IMG/VR virus record: IMGVR_UViG_3300029476_000064 | Strand: one strand, 5' to 3' | Length of the DNA: 4,002 nt | Origin: a virus | Taxonomy: Duplodnaviria > Heunggongvirae > Uroviricota > Caudoviricetes | Part shown: positions 1 through 4,002 of the stretch, one piece after another | How the letters are laid out: every line of letters begins with the position of its first letter | Position numbering within the stretch: the stretch's first letter is position 1 | Made by a program: the position numbers and the translations under genes | The notes under the pieces: generated by a model | What the model was told of the DNA's origin: nothing | Databases searched by the model: none | What the model saw: the letters and a program-made list of their open reading frames with translations, nothing else

Positions 1-636
1 GTTGCTGACGGGCGACTCGGAAATTTTTGGCGAAGAATCTAGGGCTGGCGCGGTCTGCATGGTGGTGGGCGACTCGGCTTTTTCGGCACCCTGAAGCATG
101 GCGTCGCGGCATCCGTCATACGCTTCTTTCATAGCATCACGCACCCATCCGACAGGTTTCTGCTCAGTCAACTCACACCATTTCTCGAATGTGGGCACAG
201 ATACCGGAACTGGCGGTGCTGCATAAAGCGCCTGACAACTCCAGCCAGACCAGTGAGCACCCTCCGCTCTCTCATCATCTTCAGGGCGAACAAGCGTGAC
301 TTCGCTCGGGTGTTTCCTGTGTGACCACAGCCAGGCTACGGTTTCGGCATTGGCTGGCTCTGGCGGGGCGGAGTAAAAATACTCATCCTCAATCCCATCA
401 ACGGGCTTTGAGAAGCCGATAAAATCACCATAATGCCAAGGATAGGGGCCGTATGGCTCAGAGGTCACACGACGCCACCGGTGAATGGCAGGCTCCGCTT
501 CGAGCGATGCCAGCGCGATACGCAGTGCCGCCAGCGTGTTGCTGTCGCCTTCGTCCAGACCGAACGGGATTTCATCTCTGGCTGCTTCCATGTCGGCAAT
601 TTTCTGCTGCAGCCATTGTTTGGTAATAGTGCTCAT
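1..636 (-). CDS. Hypothetical phage protein, 3' end beyond window (at least 211 aa visible)
   Basis: My own translation of the minus strand is open from 636 down to position 1. ATG at 636..634 is preceded by an AAGGAGAGG Shine-Dalgarno and overlaps the upstream stop (ATGA at 636..633). N-terminus reads MSTITKQWLQQKIADMEAARDEIPFGLDEGDS. Not in the ORF track, presumably because it is incomplete. I do not recognise the family. Confidence 0.55.
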   Translation of the reverse strand, partial: MSTITKQWLQQKIADMEAARDEIPFGLDEGDSNTLAALRIALASLEAEPAIHRWRRVTSEPYGPYPWHYGDFIGFSKPVDGIEDEYFYSAPPEPANAETVAWLWSHRKHPSEVTLVRPEDDERAEGAHWSGWSCQALYAAPPVPVSVPTFEKWCELTEQKPVGWVRDAMKEAYDGCRDAMLQGAEKAESPTTMQTAPALDSSPKISESPVSN

Positions 637-902
637 GATGCCTCTCCTTTACCGGATGCGGCGGCGATCAGCTTCTGCGCCTGCTGAATGTCAGGATTGC
701 CTGCAATCATCACTTCTGGCGCGTCACAGTCACCGCCAAGGTCAAGAATGCGCTCATGTCCGGTACGCAGGCAGGATTTGTATCCTGAAACCGTCTGCTT
801 GAGCGATTCGGTCAGCACAGCAATCCTCTGGTCTTTGGCTTCCAGCTCATCCAGCAGCGCCAGCACTGTGGCTGGGTTGGCTGCGGAGTTCAGCGCGTTC
901 AA
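633..902 (-). CDS. C-terminal segment of a small hypothetical protein; 89 codons from TTG at 902, probably the downstream part of a gene interrupted by an in-frame TGA
   Basis: ORF track entry starts at a TTG with no Shine-Dalgarno upstream. It is in the same frame as the 38-codon ORF at 930..1046, separated only by a TGA at 932..930 and nine sense codons. Stop at 635..633 overlaps the next ATG. Confidence 0.4.
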   Translation of the reverse strand: MNALNSAANPATVLALLDELEAKDQRIAVLTESLKQTVSGYKSCLRTGHERILDLGGDCDAPEVMIAGNPDIQQAQKLIAAASGKGEAS

Positions 903-929
903 GGCAGTGATATCTGCATCAAGCTGAGT

Positions 930-1046
930 TCATTCTGCCAGTGAGATATCGAAAATGTCATCAGGCGGCATAACACTAAGGCGCTCATGTGCACCAACTG
1001 CTGCCTCAGCGATTTCACGTAATGCGCGTTTGTCGATGTTGCTCAT
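930..1046 (-). CDS. Small ORF, 38 aa (MSNIDKRALREIAEAAVGAHERLSVMPPDDIFDISLAE); likely N-terminal part of the interrupted gene continuing to 633
   Basis: ATG at 1046..1044 with GGAGGA about 7 nt upstream; ATGA overlap with the stop of the 76-aa ORF. Ends at TGA 932..930. Below the ORF-track length cutoff; translated by hand. Confidence 0.4.
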   Translation of the reverse strand: MSNIDKRALREIAEAAVGAHERLSVMPPDDIFDISLAE

Positions 1047-1273
1047 TCTTCATCCTCCAACTCAGATACGGCGTCCATTACATCTGAGCCGCGAATGGTT
1101 TCGAATGCCACACAAGCCATTTCAAAGCACAGGCGCTCATGCGGGTGCGGAGATTGCCAATACTTGAAGCCAGGACGATGCGAATAGCCCTGCATCGCAT
1201 AAAACTCTCCGGCCAATTCAATGGCGGCATCCACCAGTTCACGGTTTGTCATTGGTTTGTCGATGTTGCTCAT
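1043..1273 (-). CDS. Small acidic hypothetical protein, 76 aa
   Basis: ORF track. ATG at 1273..1271 with AGGAGG 7 nt upstream; ATGA overlap with the upstream stop. Begins MSNIDK and carries an acidic C-terminal tail (SELEDEE). I do not recognise the family. Confidence 0.55.
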   Translation of the reverse strand: MSNIDKPMTNRELVDAAIELAGEFYAMQGYSHRPGFKYWQSPHPHERLCFEMACVAFETIRGSDVMDAVSELEDEE

Positions 1274-1470
1274 TGGGCGGCCTCCTGGATTAACTTTTCG
1301 AGAATGGCATCAAGGGCTTTCCGTTTTCCGATATACCCGCCACCAACCCACTCTCCACGAAGCAAGGCGTAATATTTCCCGTCGTCTTCGTGATACGGTC
1401 CTCGGATAGACCAGTCGGTTGTGATGGCGTCGATAGCCTTTTTAGTTTCTGCGAAATCCATCATGCTCAT
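1270..1470 (-). CDS. Small hypothetical protein, 66 aa (MSMMDFAETKKAIDAITTDW...)
   Basis: Internal ATG of the 85-aa track ORF at 1470..1468, preceded by GGGGGAGGG and forming an ATGA overlap with the ren stop. The longer start at 1527 would overlap ren by 60 nt and is less likely. Confidence 0.5.
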   Translation of the reverse strand: MSMMDFAETKKAIDAITTDWSIRGPYHEDDGKYYALLRGEWVGGGYIGKRKALDAILEKLIQEAAQ

Positions 1471-1760
1471 ACCCCTACCCTCCCCCAAACCATCAACACC
1501 CGCTTCATCGCGGCACTCTGGCGACACTCCTTAAAAATCAGGTTAGTGCTCACCTTTCCTTCCCGTTCTTCCCTGGTAGCGAATCTGTAATACACCGTTC
1601 GCCAGACCTTACCATCAATGACCAAGATTCCTGCCCGCGCCATTTTAGCCGCAGCCTGATTTATGCTGGTTACTGTTGCGCCTGTTACCGCGGCAACGTC
1701 CTGCGCACAGAAGCTCTTATGCGTCCCCAGGTAATAAATAATTGCCTCTTTGCCCGTCAT
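1467..1760 (-). CDS. ren: Ren protein (Rex-exclusion resistance), lambda-like
   Basis: The 97-aa translation (MTGKEAIIYYLGTHKSFCAQDVAAVTGATVTSINQAAAKMARAG...) closely matches lambda Ren as I recall it. Position directly after P with an ATGA overlap, as in lambda. AAGGAG Shine-Dalgarno upstream. Confidence 0.85.
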   Translation of the reverse strand: MTGKEAIIYYLGTHKSFCAQDVAAVTGATVTSINQAAAKMARAGILVIDGKVWRTVYYRFATREEREGKVSTNLIFKECRQSAAMKRVLMVWGRVGV

Positions 1761-2448
1761 ACACTTGCTCCTTTCAGTCCGAACTTAGCTTTGATTTCTG
1801 CGATCTTCGCCAAAGCCTGTGCACGATTTAAAGGTCTACCGCCCATGACAGGAAGTTGTTTTACTGGTTCAGGTATCGCCTCACCACGGTTAATTCGCGC
1901 GGTCATACAGGTCAGCTCATCGGCAGCTTTACGCCGTAATTCCGCGTCAGTCAGCGCATTGGCCCGCATGTTCTGGTACAGGTTGGTAACCAACCAGTAG
2001 TGCGCGTTTGATTTCCATGGATAAGACTCTGCGTCCGGATACAGGCCACGCTTCCGGCAATACTCGTAAACCATATCAACCAGCTCGCTGACGTTTGGCA
2101 GTCCGGNNNNNNNNNNNNNNNNNNNNNNNNNNNNNNNNNNNNNNNNNNNNNNNNNNNNNNNNNNNNNNNNNNNNNNNNNNNNNNNNNNNNNNNNNNNNNT
2201 TCCATCGTGGTGATCCCGTTTTCCCGAAAAGCCAGAACCCACTGGCGACGGATTTCGTTCACTTCGTTCTGGTCACGGTTAGCCAGGCTCGCCGGGAAAG
2301 TTGCCAGTAACTGGCTGAACACACCGTTGATGATCTGCGCTACCTGCTGTACCTGCGGCTTTTCGTCGTACTGTTCCGGCATGTTGTTGGCGATCCGACG
2401 CATCTGCTCACGGTCAAAGTTAACCATCTGTGCGGCGATGTTTTTCAT
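1757..2448 (-). CDS. P: Replication protein P (DnaB helicase loader), lambda-like; coding sequence interrupted by an N run at 2107..2199
   Basis: N-terminal track ORF (MKNIAAQMVNFDREQMRRIANNMPEQYDEKPQVQQVAQIING...ITTME) and C-terminal track ORF (GLPNVSELVDMVYEYCRKRGLYPDAESYPWKSNAHYWLV...GLKGASV) both match lambda P as recalled. The two track ORFs are in different frames because of the N run. ATG at 2448..2446 overlaps the O stop. Confidence 0.85.
2107..2199. other. Run of 93 N (gap or masked sequence) inside the P gene
   Basis: Seen directly in the sequence. The flanking P reading frames are out of phase across it, so 93 is probably not the true length. Confidence 0.95.
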
Positions 2449-3374
2449 AGATCCACCCCGTAAATCCAGTCTGTGTTTGTCAGGTCGAGTTTTGGTTTGC
2501 TGGCTGTCACGCCTGCCTGTTGCTTGTTACGGTTGATTTCGAGTTGGGTCCACTTATCGCGGAGTTTGGCCGGACTTAGCACGTTACCGGACCAGAAGTT
2601 GTCCTGGCATGCCCAGCGGAACAGCACGCACATGTCGCGGTGGTTACGTCCGTCACGTTCACGCATCAGGCGGATATCGTTAGCCCACCCTGCAAAATTC
2701 GGTTTTCTGGCTGATGGCGCGATGGTCTTCACCATGTCAAACATCCACTCTGCGGCGGTCAGGTCTTCTGCTGTCCCCCACCTGCTGCCGCTCTGAATTG
2801 CAACATCTGGTTTCTCCACAGGAAGATCGTTTTCTGGTTGGTCAGAGGATTCGCCAGAATTCTCGGACGAAAAAGGTTTTATATTGTCTTTTGTTAGTTT
2901 GTCTTTTGTGTTTACCTGATTCGGGTAAACGCCTTTACCTGATTTGGGTAAACTTTTCTTACCTGATTCAGGTAAATTTACCTCTTTCAGGTAAACTTTA
3001 TTTTTCTTACCTGATTCGGGTAATGTTGACCATTCACTGACCACATTATTAATGCCGATATTCCGCCCGCTCTGAATAAAAATCCCACGCTTTACCAGAA
3101 CACTTTTTGCAGCAGAACACTTGTGCGGCAATATCCCGGTCAACTCGGAAAGTTGCTCGTTGCTCACCCAATCCAGTTTTTTATTAAAGCCATATGTTTT
3201 GCGCATGACAGCCAGGAAGACCAGAAGCTGGTGCTGTGTTAATCCGGCCAGCATCACAGCTTCCAGCAACTCATTTGCAATGCGCGTATAACCATCATCG
3301 AGATCTGCCACATTACGCTCCTGTTTGGCAAAGTTACCTCTGCAGAAGTTGAGTATTTTTGCTGTATTTGTCAT
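2445..3374 (-). CDS. O: Replication initiator protein O, lambda-like C-terminal domain with a divergent N-terminal iteron-binding domain
   Basis: The 309-aa track ORF has a first ~27 aa and a C-terminal ~125 aa (SRWGTAEDLTAAEWMFDMVKTIAPSARKPNFAGWANDIRLMRERDGRNHRDMCVLFRWACQDNFW...TNTDWIYGVDL) that match lambda O as recalled. The middle differs. AGGAG Shine-Dalgarno upstream; origin iterons lie inside the gene. Confidence 0.9.
   Translation of the reverse strand: MTNTAKILNFCRGNFAKQERNVADLDDGYTRIANELLEAVMLAGLTQHQLLVFLAVMRKTYGFNKKLDWVSNEQLSELTGILPHKCSAAKSVLVKRGIFIQSGRNIGINNVVSEWSTLPESGKKNKVYLKEVNLPESGKKSLPKSGKGVYPNQVNTKDKLTKDNIKPFSSENSGESSDQPENDLPVEKPDVAIQSGSRWGTAEDLTAAEWMFDMVKTIAPSARKPNFAGWANDIRLMRERDGRNHRDMCVLFRWACQDNFWSGNVLSPAKLRDKWTQLEINRNKQQAGVTASKPKLDLTNTDWIYGVDL
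2875..2911. other. AT-rich region next to the iterons (candidate DNA-unwinding element of the origin)
   Basis: The stretch GGTTTTATATTGTCTTTTGTTAGTTTGTCTTTTGTGTTT is strongly AT-rich and lies immediately promoter-distal to the iterons, as in lambda ori. Confidence 0.5.
2912..3023. repeat. Replication origin iterons: five copies of a 17-bp dyad-symmetric repeat TTACC-N7-GGTAA inside the O gene
   Basis: Copies at 2912-2928, 2935-2951, 2959-2975, 2978-2994 (variant TTACCTCTTTCAGGTAA) and 3007-3023. They sit in the O linker region, the same place lambda carries ori, but the repeat sequence differs from the lambda iteron. Confidence 0.8.
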
Positions 3375-3377
3375 AAT
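3349..3377 (+). promoter_or_regulatory. pO-like promoter for oop RNA (-35 TTGAGT, 17-bp spacer, -10 CATAAT)
   Basis: TTGAGT at 3349-3354 and CATAAT at 3372-3377 on the plus strand. The flanking sequence is near-identical to the lambda pO/oop region as I recall it. Confidence 0.6.
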
Positions 3378-3384
3378 GACTCCT

Positions 3385-3462
3385 GTGGATTGATCCAGTA
3401 ATGACCTCAGAATTCCATCTGGATTTGTTCAGAACGCTCGGTTGCCGCCGGGCGTTTTTTAT
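3385..3462 (+). ncRNA. oop: oop antisense RNA, about 77 nt, overlapping the 3' end of cII on the opposite strand
   Basis: Sequence GTGGATTGATCCAGTAATGACCTCAGAATTCCATCTGGATTTGTTCAGAACGCTCGGTTGCCGCCGGGCGTTTTTTATT is near-identical to lambda oop as recalled. It has an internal ATCCAG/CTGGAT stem and ends at an intrinsic terminator. Confidence 0.7.
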
Positions 3463-3703
3463 TGGTGAGTCCATCAAGCGCATACTTAAAAGCCCTGCTA
3501 ATCGGACTGATGTCTGATGCCATTCCGAAAGCACACAAGACCGAAGCAATAAATCTCCAGTCCGTTCTGCTTATCTTCGATTCATGACAGCCAATCATCT
3601 TTGCCAGACCGCGCTGGGTAATAGCTGACAGATTGATAAGTAAATCTGTTTCTGCGCGATCAACGTCACGCTGTGATAGTTTGCTGTAACTTGTTCTTTC
3701 CAT
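3407..3703 (-). CDS. cII: Transcriptional activator CII; C-terminus identical to lambda CII, N-terminal part divergent
   Basis: The 98-aa track ORF ends ...LTNKKRPAATERSEQIQMEF, which matches the lambda CII C-terminus as recalled. The N-terminal region has the SKISR helix-turn-helix-like motif but differs from lambda. Position between the cro-like gene and O, with the 3' end overlapped by oop. Confidence 0.85.
   Translation of the reverse strand: MERTSYSKLSQRDVDRAETDLLINLSAITQRGLAKMIGCHESKISRTDWRFIASVLCAFGMASDISPISRAFKYALDGLTNKKRPAATERSEQIQMEF
3436..3460 (+). terminator. Intrinsic terminator of oop (lambda tO-like)
   Basis: Stem GCTCGG (3436-3441) pairs with CCGGGC (3448-3453) with one G-U, loop TTGCCG, followed by a T6 run at 3455-3460. 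Confidence 0.75.
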
Positions 3704-3788
3704 TTCTTAAGATTTCCAATAGTGAATAGTTAGTTGAAAGGTATGCGTGGAAACGCATATGGCCTTAGTTGGTCAGATATCTTGGAAC

Positions 3789-3834
3789 TCGCTTTTCAGC
3801 GACGTAGGACGAATGTCCGTTGTTACAAAGAGCG
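3789..3834 (-). promoter_or_regulatory. Candidate nutR-like antitermination site: boxA-like CGCTCTTTG plus boxB-like hairpin TCGCT-GAAA-AGCGA
   Basis: On the minus strand, CGCTCTTTGTAACAA (plus 3834-3820) resembles boxA (CGCTCTTA in lambda, TGCTCTTTAACAA in rrn). Downstream, TCGCTGAAAAGCGA (plus 3802-3789) is a 5-bp stem with a GAAA-type loop like lambda boxB. Location between the cro-like gene and cII matches lambda nutR. The boxA-to-boxB spacer is longer than in lambda. Confidence 0.4.
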
Positions 3835-3844
3835 GATCCGCTTA

Positions 3845-4002
3845 TTAAGCGGCTTTGTGTTCCGGCGGGAACACGTCATCAAGACTGACTTTTGCGCCTA
3901 ACTTGTTTAGGCACGCAACAAGAGCACGGCATGTTTTAAGGTCTGGGAAGCGACGACCAGATTCCCAATGTCCGATAGCTCCCTGTGTGCATCCAACTGC
4001 CT
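3845..4002 (-). CDS. Cro-like HTH (XRE-family) regulator, 5' end beyond window; 51 C-terminal codons visible
   Basis: My own minus-strand translation from 4000 gives AVGCTQGAIGHWESGRRFPDLKTCRALVACLNKLGAKVSLDDVFPPEHKAA, ending at TAA 3847..3845. The pattern matches the recognition helix and following helix of XRE-type HTH proteins. Same strand as, and immediately upstream of, cII, which is the cro position. Confidence 0.55.
   Translation of the reverse strand, partial: AVGCTQGAIGHWESGRRFPDLKTCRALVACLNKLGAKVSLDDVFPPEHKAA

Noticed and set aside
931-933. ATG at 933..931 overlapping the TGA as a coupled restart
   Set aside because: That frame gives only MNSA before a stop, so it cannot be the start of the downstream ORF.
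1270-1527. The 85-aa version of the small ORF starting at 1527
   Set aside because: That start would overlap ren by 60 nt and has no obvious ribosome-binding site. The internal ATG at 1470 has a strong GGGGGAGGG site and an ATGA overlap with the ren stop.
433-1590. Plus-strand track ORFs 433-687, 485-802, 688-927, 955-1167, 1139-1372, 1221-1409 and 1390-1590
   Set aside because: All lie antisense to the minus-strand gene chain, which has consistent Shine-Dalgarno sites and ATGA coupling. They lack convincing starts and are most likely shadow ORFs.
1951-2448. Track ORFs 1951-2448 and 1757-2242 treated as two separate genes
   Set aside because: They are the N- and C-terminal parts of one P gene, split only by the N run; the X-containing extensions are artefacts.
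2912-3023. Regularly spaced repeats as a possible CRISPR array
   Set aside because: The repeats are 17 bp, palindromic, separated by only 2-12 bp, lie inside the O coding sequence and match the architecture of lambdoid origin iterons.
1719-3040. Plus-strand track ORFs 1719-2000, 2095-2310, 2207-2536, 2473-2796 and 2714-3040
   Set aside because: They are antisense to ren, P and O, whose translations match lambda proteins. One spans the N run and consists partly of X residues.
3334-3549. Minus-strand 71-aa track ORF overlapping the O start and the cII 3' end
   Set aside because: It is out of frame with, and overlaps, the well-supported cII and O genes and the oop region. No ribosome-binding site is evident.

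Overview
The window looks like the early-right (replication) operon of a lambdoid phage or prophage, with every gene on the minus strand. Reading from high to low coordinates: a partial Cro-like HTH gene, a nutR-like site, cII, O with its internal origin iterons, P (interrupted by a 93-nt run of N), ren, then a chain of small translationally coupled ORFs of unknown function where phage lambda carries its nin genes, and a larger ORF that runs off the left edge. The only plus-strand feature I support is the oop antisense RNA with its promoter and terminator. Calls for O, P, ren, cII and oop rest on my recall of the lambda sequences, not on a search. The most interesting part is the uncharacterised small-gene module at 633..1470; I cannot assign it a function from sequence alone.
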